NCBI GenBank assembly: GCA_003545155.1
Contig: DQCH01000132.1
Span: forward strand, 2,011-38,012
Direction of reading: 5' to 3'
Source of the DNA: Candidatus Acetothermia bacterium
GTDB taxonomy: Bacteria > Bipolaricaulota > Bipolaricaulia > UBA7950 > UBA9294
DNA length: 36,002 nucleotides
The notes under the pieces were generated by a model. It was not told the origin of the DNA. It was given only the letters and a program-made list of their open reading frames with translations, and searched no databases. Position numbers and translations under genes: made by a program. Numbering within the stretch: the first letter of the stretch is position 1; every line of letters begins with the position of its first letter. This document shows positions 8,983 to 17,588 of the stretch, in pieces.

Positions 8983-9429
8983 TCAGGCCACCTCAACCTT
9001 TCCACCCGCTTGCTCGATCTTCCGTCTGGCTGCATGTGTAAAGCGGTGTGCCCGCACCGTGAGAGGCTTACTCAACTCCCCCCTGCCTAGGACCTTCAAC
9101 CGCGCTTCACTTCCTTTGACAAGGTTCATTTCACGCAAGCGTTGAAGCGTCACCTCAGCCTGTGCCGGGAAACGGCTCTCGATAGCATCCAGGTTCACAC
9201 AGGCGTACTTAACACGTGCGTAATTATGAAAACCCCGTTTAGGAAAACGCATCCATATTGGGGTCTGTCCACCCTCGTAACCAAGCCGAACCCCACCACC
9301 GCTGCGGGAGTTTTGTCCCTTAGTTCCGCGACCGCTCTCGTGTCCGCCACGTCCAGATCCATAGCCACGCCCAACGCGCTTCCGCTTATGAACACTCCCT
9401 TTAGTAGGGCGAAGATCCTCAAGTTTCAT
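8983..9429 (-). CDS. rplO: 50S ribosomal protein L15
   Basis: The ORF track start (9459) lies inside rpsE. ATG at 9427-9429 ([12 protein letters not shown]...) has GGAGG 6 nt upstream and gives a canonical 148 aa. Confidence 0.95.
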   Translation of the reverse strand: MKLEDLRPTKGSVHKRKRVGRGYGSGRGGHESGRGTKGQNSRSGGGVRLGYEGGQTPIWMRFPKRGFHNYARVKYACVNLDAIESRFPAQAEVTLQRLREMNLVKGSEARLKVLGRGELSKPLTVRAHRFTHAARRKIEQAGGKVEVA

Positions 9430-9922
9430 CCTTGACCTCCTCGCCCGCTTCGTCCTCATGCCCTCGAAGCGTCTTAACTTCGCTACGGCTACGCAATTGT
9501 GCCAAACCGTTTATCGCCGCTCGCGACAGGGTGAGAGGATTCGTCGTTCCCAAGGATTTAGTCAGAATATCCTTTACCCCGGTCAGCCGACAGATTGCCC
9601 CCACCGTCACCCCGGCGATGACTCCTGTACCGGCGTGAGCTGGCTTCAACAGGACCCTCCCCGCCTTGAACTTCCCAATCACTTCATGGGGAACCGTCCC
9701 TCCGTCCAGTTGAACTTCGATCAGGTTCTTTTTGGCGTCGCGGATCGCCTGGTGGATAGCGCGCGGGATCTCGGTCGTATTTCCCAAACCAACTCCGACT
9801 CGACCTTTGCGATCCCCGACGACTATCAGCACTCGAAACTTCAGATTTCGACCACCCTTGGTAACCTTGCTCACCCGTCTGATCTCTATGATCTCATTTT
9901 CAAACTCGTCGGTGGTGATCAA
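9419..9922 (-). CDS. rpsE: 30S ribosomal protein S5
   Basis: 167 aa. TTG start with GGGAGGG 8 nt upstream. Contains [22 protein letters not shown]. Confidence 0.96.
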   Translation of the reverse strand: MITTDEFENEIIEIRRVSKVTKGGRNLKFRVLIVVGDRKGRVGVGLGNTTEIPRAIHQAIRDAKKNLIEVQLDGGTVPHEVIGKFKAGRVLLKPAHAGTGVIAGVTVGAICRLTGVKDILTKSLGTTNPLTLSRAAINGLAQLRSRSEVKTLRGHEDEAGEEVKDET

Positions 9923-10281
9923 AACCTTAACCCTCCCTTACGAGCTTCCTCAGCCAGAGCAGCAACCACACCGTGGTAAGGGTAGCCACCCCGATCGAAG
10001 ACAACCGTTTCAATGCCGCTTTTAAGCGCCCGCTTAGCCAAAAGCTCTCCTACCTTCTTTGCGGCGGGGATGTTGCATCCGTGCACCATCCCTTGCAACT
10101 CTTTATCAACCGTAGACGCCGACGCGAGAGTCTCGCCCGCCTCGTCGTCGATTAGCTGGGCGTAGACGTGGCAGAGGCTCTTGGTAACACACAGACGAGG
10201 ACGCTCCCCCGTCCCGTGGACTTTCTTGCGAAGCCGACGGTGGCGCTTGATGCGCTGTGCCTTCCTGTTAATCATCGCCAT
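9919..10281 (-). CDS. rplR: 50S ribosomal protein L18
   Basis: The ORF track gives a GTG start at 10290. ATG at 10279-10281 ([21 protein letters not shown]) has a GGGAGAG run 8 nt upstream and gives 120 aa. Another ATG lies at 10275. Confidence 0.95.
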   Translation of the reverse strand: MAMINRKAQRIKRHRRLRKKVHGTGERPRLCVTKSLCHVYAQLIDDEAGETLASASTVDKELQGMVHGCNIPAAKKVGELLAKRALKSGIETVVFDRGGYPYHGVVAALAEEARKGGLRF

Positions 10282-10286
10282 CTCAT

Positions 10287-10847
10287 TCACTCTCCCAAGC
10301 CAGCGCCCTGGCCTCCAAGCTTACCGGCCTTGTGTAACACCTGTTCATCCTTGTACCTGATACCTTTCCCTTTATACGGCTCAGGCTTGCGCAACGCCCG
10401 AATCTCGGCAGCAACCTGCCCAACCTGCTGCTTGTTTGCCCCACGGAGGATGATCTCTCCGGGATTTGGAAGTTCGGCTTCCACGTGCTCGGGGAGCTCG
10501 TACTCTACCGGCTTTGAATAGCCAAGATCAAGGATGAGAGTCCTCCCCTGAAGTCTCGCCCGATATCCGAGCCCCTTTATCAACAGCGCTTTCTCCCAGC
10601 GCTGCGAGACGCCGTACACCATGTTGGCGAGAAGGCTGCGGTAAAGGCCGTGAAAGGCGCGGTACTGCTTCCCCTCATGCCGACGTTCCACTGAGGCGAT
10701 CCCATCAGCAACGGTGATCTCTACCACATCCGGGCGATAGGTCTGCACGAGGCGACCGTATTTCCCTTCCACCGCAATTGTCACCGGTCCGACCACGACC
10801 TTGACATCATCCGGAATTTTCACCGGGACCTTCCCGACCTTAGACAT
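10287..10847 (-). CDS. rplF: 50S ribosomal protein L6
   Basis: 186 aa beginning [17 protein letters not shown], between rpsH and rplR. Confidence 0.96.
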   Translation of the reverse strand: MSKVGKVPVKIPDDVKVVVGPVTIAVEGKYGRLVQTYRPDVVEITVADGIASVERRHEGKQYRAFHGLYRSLLANMVYGVSQRWEKALLIKGLGYRARLQGRTLILDLGYSKPVEYELPEHVEAELPNPGEIILRGANKQQVGQVAAEIRALRKPEPYKGKGIRYKDEQVLHKAGKLGGQGAGLGE

Positions 10848-10858
10848 CGCTTACCACC

Positions 10859-11266
10859 TTACAACACCTCACAGAGAACCTCGCCCCCGATCCCTCGCTC
10901 CTGAGCCTCACTCCCCAAGAGAACACCTTGGGAAGTGGAGAGGATACAGATCCCCATGCCACCCAAGGGCCGTGGGATTTCCTCCTTGCCAACATAGACA
11001 CGGCGAGAGGACTTGCTCACAAGCCTAATGTCGGTGATCGCCCGTTTCGCCTGACTCCGTTCTCCCTCATACTTAAGTTCAATACGAAGCACAGGCTGGG
11101 GCTCGCGAGGGAGCACCTCGTAGCCCATGATGTAGCCTTCCGCTTCTAGGATGCGCGCGATCGCCTCTTTCATATTCGAGTGTGGCATCAAGACCTCAGG
11201 GTGAAATTTCGCGCTCGCGTTTCGTATGCGCGTTAGCATATCGGCAATGGGGTGCGCTATCATCAT
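10859..11266 (-). CDS. rpsH: 30S ribosomal protein S8
   Basis: 135 aa with the hallmark N-terminus HPIADMLTRIRNA. Confidence 0.97.
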   Translation of the reverse strand: MMIAHPIADMLTRIRNASAKFHPEVLMPHSNMKEAIARILEAEGYIMGYEVLPREPQPVLRIELKYEGERSQAKRAITDIRLVSKSSRRVYVGKEEIPRPLGGMGICILSTSQGVLLGSEAQERGIGGEVLCEVL

Positions 11267-11275
11267 CGTCCTTCC

Positions 11276-11461
11276 TTACCAGCTTGACTTCTTCACGCCG
11301 GGGATCTCCCCCTTGTGCGCGAGCTTGCGAAAGCAAAGTCGACAGATTCCAAAATCACGGATGTACCCGTGTGGGCGCCCACACAGGCTGCACCGATTGT
11401 ATGCCCTGACTGAATACTTTGGCTCCTTGTTGCTTTTTATGACCAGCGCCTTCTTTGCCAT
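11276..11461 (-). CDS. rpsN: 30S ribosomal protein S14, type Z (zinc-binding, 61 aa)
   Basis: [61 protein letters not shown], with a CxxC...CxxC pattern. Confidence 0.97.
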   Translation of the reverse strand: MAKKALVIKSNKEPKYSVRAYNRCSLCGRPHGYIRDFGICRLCFRKLAHKGEIPGVKKSSW

Positions 11462-11472
11462 TCACTCTCCCC

Positions 11473-12006
11473 CTAATCCTTGAAAGGAAGTCCAAGCCCC
11501 TTTAACAGGGCGTATCCCTCTTGATCGCTCCTCGCGGTAGTAACAATCGTGATATCCATTCCCTGGGTTGCAGTGATCTCGTTGTATGAAATTTCCGGAA
11601 AGGCCAACTGCTCGCTTAACCCAAGTGAGTAGTTACCCCGGCCGTCAAACGAGGAGCTCGACAGGCCGCGGAAGTCACGGATCCCAGGAAGTACTGCGTT
11701 GAACAATTTGTTTAAGAATTCATACGCCCGGGCACGGCGCAACGTCACCTTGCATCCAACCGGTTCCCCGGCCGTAAGGTGGAAGTCGGAAATTGAGTAT
11801 CTCGCCTTTGTCACGATCGGCTTCTGCCCAGTGATCTTCGCCAGGTTCTTCACCGCACCCTCGAGCACTTTTGGATTGTCCGTATCTGAGATCCCCATAT
11901 TAATAATGACCTTCTCCACACGCGGGACTTGCATCACGTTCTTAAGGCGAAGCTCCTTCATCAACCGTGGAACAACCTCTGTTTTAAACTTTTCACGCAG
12001 TAACAT
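11473..12006 (-). CDS. rplE: 50S ribosomal protein L5
   Basis: 177 aa with N-terminus MLLREKFKTEVVPRLMKEL and the QLAFPEI block, in the canonical spc order. Confidence 0.96.
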   Translation of the reverse strand: MLLREKFKTEVVPRLMKELRLKNVMQVPRVEKVIINMGISDTDNPKVLEGAVKNLAKITGQKPIVTKARYSISDFHLTAGEPVGCKVTLRRARAYEFLNKLFNAVLPGIRDFRGLSSSSFDGRGNYSLGLSEQLAFPEISYNEITATQGMDITIVTTARSDQEGYALLKGLGLPFKD

Positions 12007-12008
12007 CT

Positions 12009-12323
12009 CTATCTAAATATCTCCCCACACTGTTTGCAGCGACGCATCTTTTCGCCGTCCACCACCGTGAACCCGACCCGCGTCGGAATTCCACACTCAG
12101 GACAGACCGGCAGCACATTGGAAACGTGAATCGTCCCCTCACGCTTTATGATCCCCGGCTCACGTAGGCTCTGCGTCGCCCGCTGGTGCTTTGTGATCAT
12201 GTGCACATTCTCCACGATGATACGATTTCGCTCAGGGTAGACGACGAGCACCTTCCCAATCTTCCCACGGTCGTTTCCGGCAATCACCTTCACTCGGTCT
12301 CCCTTGCGCACCTTTCTCATCAT
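12009..12323 (-). CDS. rplX: 50S ribosomal protein L24 (with C-terminal Cys4 ribbon)
   Basis: 104 aa. KOW motif VRKGDRVKVIAGNDRGKIGKVL and C-terminal CPECG...CKQCG. Confidence 0.96.
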   Translation of the reverse strand: MMRKVRKGDRVKVIAGNDRGKIGKVLVVYPERNRIIVENVHMITKHQRATQSLREPGIIKREGTIHVSNVLPVCPECGIPTRVGFTVVDGEKMRRCKQCGEIFR

Positions 12324-12331
12324 CCACTCCT

Positions 12332-12700
12332 TTACAGGACCTCAGGAGCGAGGGAGATAATCCGCAACATCCTCTTATCCCGCAGTTCGCGTGCCACCGG
12401 TCCGAACACACGTGTCCCAATCGGTTCACCCTGGTTGTTGATAAGAACGATTGCGTTATCATCGAATCGGATGTAGGTTCCATCTTTCCGGCGGTACGCA
12501 CTACGCGTACGGACGATGACCCCTTTCACGATCTGCCCCTTCTCAATGTCACTCGTAGGAAGGTGCTTGCGCACCGAACCAACTACGATATCCCCGATCT
12601 CGCCACGTCGCCGGTGCGACGGCCCCAGGACGTTGATGCAGCGGACCTGTTTCGCCCCAGAGTTATCCGCCACCCTAAGCATCGTCTGCATTTGAATCAC
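12332..12700 (-). CDS. rplN: 50S ribosomal protein L14
   Basis: 122 aa beginning [17 protein letters not shown]. Confidence 0.97.
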   Translation of the reverse strand: MIQMQTMLRVADNSGAKQVRCINVLGPSHRRRGEIGDIVVGSVRKHLPTSDIEKGQIVKGVIVRTRSAYRRKDGTYIRFDDNAIVLINNQGEPIGTRVFGPVARELRDKRMLRIISLAPEVL

Positions 12701-12702
12701 GC

Positions 12703-12948
12703 CTAGGCCTCCGCTTTCTCAATGATTTCAACCAGTCTCCAGCGCTTGATCCGGCTGTAAGGGCGGGATTCCTCAATCTTCACTAAATCCCCTAGTCCCG
12801 CCGCCCCAACAGGATCATGTGCGTAAAACTTAAAATGTTTCCGGATATACTTGGGGTAGCGAGGATGGAGGCGACGTTCCTCAACCTTTACAACAATGGT
12901 CTTCTCCATGCGATCGCTCACCACCCGCCCGATCTTCACTTTCTTCAT
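12703..12948 (-). CDS. rpsQ: 30S ribosomal protein S17
   Basis: 81 aa with [17 protein letters not shown]. Confidence 0.96.
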   Translation of the reverse strand: MKKVKIGRVVSDRMEKTIVVKVEERRLHPRYPKYIRKHFKFYAHDPVGAAGLGDLVKIEESRPYSRIKRWRLVEIIEKAEA

Positions 12949-13145
12949 CCTCTCGCCTCCCGCATCTTCTTGCGGGCAACCGTCATCACCCGGGCAATAT
13001 CCTTGCGAGTCTTTGCCAGTTCGGCTGTATTATCCAACTCTCCGCTCACCTTCTGGAAACGCAGATTGAACAGTTTCCTCTTAAGTTCCCTCCCCTTCTG
13101 TGTCAGTTCCTCTGCGGTCAACTCGCGCAGATTCTCGGCCTTCAT
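12945..13145 (-). CDS. rpmC: 50S ribosomal protein L29
   Basis: 66 aa with LRELTAEELTQKGRELKRKLFNLRFQ. Confidence 0.95.
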   Translation of the reverse strand: MKAENLRELTAEELTQKGRELKRKLFNLRFQKVSGELDNTAELAKTRKDIARVMTVARKKMREARG

Positions 13146-13573
13146 ACCTCTCCTCCCAGCACACTCTTACGCTTCAGCCGAGTGGGAATGGGGAGTTTGT
13201 GGCTGACGAGTTCGTGCACCCTTTTGGCCTCCGCCTCACCGATCCCTGCGATCTCAAACAGGACCCGCCCTGTCTTTATAACTGCCACCCAGTGATCTAC
13301 CGGGCCCTTCCCTTTCCCCATGCGCGCTTCCGCAGGATGCTTCGTGATCGACTTGTCGGGGAAGATCCGAATCCAGATCTTAGAATCGCGGTGTGTCTGA
13401 CGGGCGATTGTCGTCCGACAGGCCTCGATCTGTTGACCGGTAATCCAAGCAGGGGCAAGGGCCTGAATTCCGTACTCACCAAACGCGATCTCGCTCCCCC
13501 GCGTCGCCTTTCCCTTCATCCGCCCGCGATGGAATTTCCTGTACTTTGTCCTTTTGGGGAAAAGAAGAGCCAT
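13142..13573 (-). CDS. rplP: 50S ribosomal protein L16
   Basis: 143 aa with PKRTKYRKFHRGRMKG. Confidence 0.97.
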   Translation of the reverse strand: MALLFPKRTKYRKFHRGRMKGKATRGSEIAFGEYGIQALAPAWITGQQIEACRTTIARQTHRDSKIWIRIFPDKSITKHPAEARMGKGKGPVDHWVAVIKTGRVLFEIAGIGEAEAKRVHELVSHKLPIPTRLKRKSVLGGEV

Positions 13574-13574
13574 T

Positions 13575-14228
13575 CTATCTCACCTCATCTCGCTGCGCCA
13601 GCGGGGTACGCTCACCACGGAAGACCCACGCCTTGACCCCGATATTCCCATACTTTGTCCTTGCCTCAGTAAAACCGTAATCGATGTCCGCGCGGATCGT
13701 CTGCAGTGGAACCCGGCCCTGCATCATCGTGATCGACCGGGCGATCTCCGCACCGCCAAGTCGGCCACTCACCTTGATTTTCACCCCTTCAGCCCCCGCA
13801 CCCATCACACGTCGGATCACCTCTTTCATGGCACGGGCTGGCACAATGCGGCTCTCAATCTGCATCGCCACATCTTGTGAAACAAGCGTCGCCTCCAAGT
13901 CAGGTCGCTCGACCTCCTTAATCGACACTTTTACCTTCCTGCCGGTGAGACGTTCCAGTGCCGTCTGCAATCCCTCGATCTCGCTCCCTCCCCGGCCAAT
14001 GATGATCCCCGGCCGTGCCGAGCGAACAACTATCGATACACGATCCTCTTTGGACCGCTCGATGTTCACCTCTGCCACTGCGGCTCGGCGATACCGCTGG
14101 CCGATAAGGTCACGAATTCGCTTATCTTCGGCGATATACTCCGGAGCAAGTTTGGGGTTATACCAATTGGAGATCCATTTGCGAGTTACCCCTACCCGAA
14201 ATCCGATCGGATGCACCTTCTGCCCCAT
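13575..14228 (-). CDS. rpsC: 30S ribosomal protein S3
   Basis: 217 aa beginning MGQKVHPIGFRVGVTRKW, with a KH domain. Confidence 0.97.
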   Translation of the reverse strand: MGQKVHPIGFRVGVTRKWISNWYNPKLAPEYIAEDKRIRDLIGQRYRRAAVAEVNIERSKEDRVSIVVRSARPGIIIGRGGSEIEGLQTALERLTGRKVKVSIKEVERPDLEATLVSQDVAMQIESRIVPARAMKEVIRRVMGAGAEGVKIKVSGRLGGAEIARSITMMQGRVPLQTIRADIDYGFTEARTKYGNIGVKAWVFRGERTPLAQRDEVR

Positions 14229-14572
14229 TATTCATCCCTCTTCTCGCCTACGACGATCGTGATGTTACTCGTCGGCCGGCGGATGATGTCAGCCCGCCCC
14301 ATCGCCCGAGGCCGCAAACGCCGCAAGCTACGGCCCATGTCGACAGTAGCGCGCAGTACAACCAGTCGATCGACATCGATGTCATAGTTATTCTCTGCAT
14401 TGGCGAGCGCTGACTCTAACGTTTTGCGGATTGGTCGCGCCGCCTTTCTATTGGATAACGAGACAATCTGTAGTGCTTCGTTGATCTCCTTGCCGCGAAT
14501 ACAGTCGATCACCAGCCGCGCCTTGCGAGGAGACACACGAATAAATTTCGTTACTGCACGCGCTTCCATCAT
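14228..14572 (-). CDS. rplV: 50S ribosomal protein L22
   Basis: 114 aa with ARAVTKFIRVSPRKARLVIDCIRG. Confidence 0.96.
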   Translation of the reverse strand: MMEARAVTKFIRVSPRKARLVIDCIRGKEINEALQIVSLSNRKAARPIRKTLESALANAENNYDIDVDRLVVLRATVDMGRSLRRLRPRAMGRADIIRRPTSNITIVVGEKRDE

Positions 14573-14578
14573 CTCTTC

Positions 14579-14863
14579 CTAGGTCAGGCCCGAGGCCCGT
14601 TTCTTCTTCATCCCACCGTGGGCACGGAAGGTCCGCGTCGGCGCGAACTCCCCCAGTTTGTGCCCGACCATATTCTCAACAATGTAAACCGGCACGTGCA
14701 CCTTCCCATTGTGAACCCTGATCGTCAGCCCCACCATCTCCGGGGTGACCATAGAGGCCCGCGCCCACGTTTTAATCTCCTCCAGTTCTCCCCGCTTGGC
14801 CTTATGCACCTTCTTTAGAAGGCTCTCCTGCACGTACGGTCCTTTCTTCATCGATCTCGGCAT
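14579..14863 (-). CDS. rpsS: 30S ribosomal protein S19
   Basis: 94 aa with [11 protein letters not shown] and [13 protein letters not shown]. Confidence 0.97.
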   Translation of the reverse strand: MPRSMKKGPYVQESLLKKVHKAKRGELEEIKTWARASMVTPEMVGLTIRVHNGKVHVPVYIVENMVGHKLGEFAPTRTFRAHGGMKKKRASGLT

Positions 14864-14874
14864 ACCGTGACTCC

Positions 14875-15711
14875 TTATCGTCTCCCCTTGCCAGCCCGGC
14901 GCACAATGAGGATGCTTGACCGCTTTCTCTTCTTCCGCGTGCGGCCGCCCTTGGCTAACTTTCCAGTCGGCGAAACCTGCGGCCGCCCGACACGGGCGCG
15001 CCCCTCTCCGCCACCATGCGGGTGGTCGACAGGGTTCATCGCTACACCGCGTACCTTAGGCTTGCGCCCCAGGTGGCGAATGCGCCCCGCCTTCCCATTT
15101 TTCACGTTCTTGTGGTCGGGGTTAGAGACCTCCCCGATCGTGGCTCGACACTCCGTGTCGAAGATCCGTACCTCACCGGAAGGCATACGCACGTGTGCCC
15201 GATCGCCCTCCTTGCCGATCAGCTTTGCCGACGTCCCGGCCGCGCGCGCAACTTTCCCCCCACTTCCAGGACTAAGCTCCAGGTTATGAATCACCGCTCC
15301 AAGCGGAATGCGGCGCAGGGGCATGGCGTTACCAACGCGGACCTCTGCAGTCTCCCCTGCTTCCACTCGCGCTCTAATCTGAAGCGCGATGGGCGCAAGG
15401 ATATACCGTTTTTCGCCATCGGCGTAGCTAAGAAGCGTGATCCACGCCGATCGGTTCGGATCGTACTCACGCGAGACGACTCGCGCTGGGATTCCATCCT
15501 TGGCGCGAGAGAAATCGATGGTCCGATAGCGACGCTTGTGCCCTCCACCGCGCCACCGCACCGTGGTCTTCCCCTGGAAGTTCCGTCCCCCTTTCTTGTG
15601 GATCGGTTGGAGGAGACTCTTCTCCGGTGCCACTGGCGTGAGTTCACTATAATCGGGGAGATCGGCGTGGCGACGCCCAGGCGATGTCGGCTTAAATCTC
15701 TTCAAAGACAT
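14875..15711 (-). CDS. rplB: 50S ribosomal protein L2
   Basis: 278 aa with GGGHKRRYR and [14 protein letters not shown]. Confidence 0.98.
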   Translation of the reverse strand: MSLKRFKPTSPGRRHADLPDYSELTPVAPEKSLLQPIHKKGGRNFQGKTTVRWRGGGHKRRYRTIDFSRAKDGIPARVVSREYDPNRSAWITLLSYADGEKRYILAPIALQIRARVEAGETAEVRVGNAMPLRRIPLGAVIHNLELSPGSGGKVARAAGTSAKLIGKEGDRAHVRMPSGEVRIFDTECRATIGEVSNPDHKNVKNGKAGRIRHLGRKPKVRGVAMNPVDHPHGGGEGRARVGRPQVSPTGKLAKGGRTRKKRKRSSILIVRRAGKGRR

Positions 15712-15713
15712 AT

Positions 15714-16013
15714 CTATCCCCCCATCACATCGATTCGGTCACCAGCGGCCAGTCGCACGATGGCCTTTCGCCACCGCGACGTCCGTCCGTGTAACTGGTT
15801 CAGTCGTTCTCGGCGAGGCTTGCCCTTCATATTCGCTGTCCAAACCTTTTCCACCTTTACCTTGAACAGCTCCTCGATCGCTTTCTTAATCTCGACCTTG
15901 TTCGCACCAAGGGCAACTCGAAACGCATATTTGTTATCTTCCATCTTCGCCCATGTCTCTTCGGTTAGAATCGGGGCAATGACAATATCCTCGGCATCCG
16001 CCAATTTCACCAC
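15714..16013 (-). CDS. rplW: 50S ribosomal protein L23
   Basis: 99 aa with GTG start. Contains KYAFRV...NKVEIKKAIEELFKVKVEKV. Confidence 0.95.
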   Translation of the reverse strand: MVKLADAEDIVIAPILTEETWAKMEDNKYAFRVALGANKVEIKKAIEELFKVKVEKVWTANMKGKPRRERLNQLHGRTSRWRKAIVRLAAGDRIDVMGG

Positions 16014-16015
16014 AG

Positions 16016-16648
16016 CTAGAACCTTTCCTTCAACTCATCCAGCGCTCCCAAAGTAAATACAAGCTTCTCATGACGCAGAACGTCGTACACATTCACCCCA
16101 ACACAGGCCAAACACTTGATCCGGGGAAGATTGGAGAAAGATTTCTTGACGGGGCGATTATACTCATCAGCAGCGACCACCATCAAGGTAGTAGTGGTCA
16201 TCTGGAGACGGTTCAATAGGGAGATGGCAGCCTTAGTCTTCGGCTCCTCAAATCCCATCCGATCAAGGAGGACGACTTTCCCTTCGTGAGCGCGATCGGA
16301 GAGAGCCGAAGTCAGAGCCCCCTGGCGCATCTTCTTCGTCAGCTTCAAGTGATAGGAGCGCGGCTTCGGGCCAAAAGTAACACCACCACCAACCCAAAGG
16401 GGAGAGCGACGCGAGCCAGCGCGAGCCCGCCCGGTCCCCTTCTGTCGCCAGGGTTTGCGACCACCACCGCGTACTTCTCCGCGCCCCTTGCTCGAACTCG
16501 TCCCCTGTCGCCGGTTCATAAGCTGCATACGAACAGCCCGATGCAAAAGGTCGGGGTTGACCTTGGCGCCAAAGATACCCTTATCCAGTTCAACAACCTG
16601 GGGCTCACTCGTTCCATCAAAAGTGTACAGCTTTGCTTCAACCATCAC
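16016..16648 (-). CDS. rplD: 50S ribosomal protein L4
   Basis: 210 aa (GTG at 16648; ATG one codon later at 16645). Contains GGGRKPWRQKGTGRARAGSRRSPLWVGGGVTFGP. Confidence 0.96.
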   Translation of the reverse strand: MMVEAKLYTFDGTSEPQVVELDKGIFGAKVNPDLLHRAVRMQLMNRRQGTSSSKGRGEVRGGGRKPWRQKGTGRARAGSRRSPLWVGGGVTFGPKPRSYHLKLTKKMRQGALTSALSDRAHEGKVVLLDRMGFEEPKTKAAISLLNRLQMTTTTLMVVAADEYNRPVKKSFSNLPRIKCLACVGVNVYDVLRHEKLVFTLGALDELKERF

Positions 16649-17261
16649 TTTTCCTCAACTGTAAGACAGAACCGCGCGGACCAGGGGTCGATCCTTTGAG
16701 CACCATCAGATTCCTCTCTGGATCGACCCGCAAGACCCTCACTTTCTTAATCGTAACGCGGTGATTACCAGTGTGTCCAGGAAGCTTTTTCCCCTTAACC
16801 ACTCGCCCGGGGTCGACACAGTTCCCCACCGATCCCGGACGCCTGTGAAAGTGGGAGCCATGTGATTTCGGTCCACCGGCGAAGTTCCACCTTTTTACCA
16901 CTCCCTGGAAACCTAGTCCGCGCGAGATCCCGGTAACGTCAATCTTATCTCCCTCAGAAAAGATCTCCGCTCCGATCTTATCTCCTGTATTGTAAACGGA
17001 GGAGTCGTCCACGCGTACCTCAAACAGACGCCGGTGCGGTGGCACACCCGCTTTCTTGTAGTGCCCTTGAAGAGGATGCGTCACCTTTCGCTCTGCGACC
17101 TCCTGATAACCGAGTTGAATCGCGTTGTACCCGTCCGTCTCCACGGTCTTTACTTGCACCACTGTACACGGCTGCGTTTCCATAACCGTCGCCCCGACAG
17201 CACGATCGTCGACAAATAATTGCGTTATCCCTATCTTTCGCGCTAAGATGCCTAGAGCCAT
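16638..17261 (-). CDS. rplC: 50S ribosomal protein L3
   Basis: 207 aa with GILARKIGITQLF and FQGVVKRWNFAGGPKSHG. Confidence 0.97.
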   Translation of the reverse strand: MALGILARKIGITQLFVDDRAVGATVMETQPCTVVQVKTVETDGYNAIQLGYQEVAERKVTHPLQGHYKKAGVPPHRRLFEVRVDDSSVYNTGDKIGAEIFSEGDKIDVTGISRGLGFQGVVKRWNFAGGPKSHGSHFHRRPGSVGNCVDPGRVVKGKKLPGHTGNHRVTIKKVRVLRVDPERNLMVLKGSTPGPRGSVLQLRKSDG

Positions 17262-17279
17262 CCGTTACACCCTCCGCCT

Positions 17280-17588
17280 TTAGAGCTTGATCTCGATGTC
17301 AACCCCAGTGGGAAGTTCGATGTCCATCAACGCATTGATCGTCTCCGAGGTCGGCTCCTTGATATCAAGCAACCGAGTGTGAATCCGTCGCTCAAAGTGC
17401 TCCATTGACCTCTTATCAATGTGCGGGGAGCGCAGGACCGTATAGATTCGCCTCTTCGTCGGAAGAGGGATGGGACCTGAAATCTTGGCGCGGGTCTCTG
17501 TCGCCGAGTCCACGATCTTTTTGATCGAGCTGTCGACCAGTTCATGGTCGTAGCCCCGCAGCTTGATTCTAATCTTCTCTCTCGCCAT
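17280..17588 (-). CDS. rpsJ: 30S ribosomal protein S10
   Basis: The ORF track ORF (126 aa) starts inside fusA. ATG at 17586-17588 (MAREKIRIKLRGYDHELVD...) gives the canonical 102 aa. It overlaps the fusA 3' end by 20 nt. Confidence 0.95.
   Translation of the reverse strand: MAREKIRIKLRGYDHELVDSSIKKIVDSATETRAKISGPIPLPTKRRIYTVLRSPHIDKRSMEHFERRIHTRLLDIKEPTSETINALMDIELPTGVDIEIKL

Noticed and set aside
15016-16056. 346-aa plus-strand ORF, the longest plus-strand ORF in the ribosomal cluster
   Set aside because: It lies entirely antisense to the strongly conserved rplB/rplW genes. The translation is Arg/Pro/Ser-rich low complexity with no recognisable motif. Long antisense ORFs are expected in GC-rich coding DNA.
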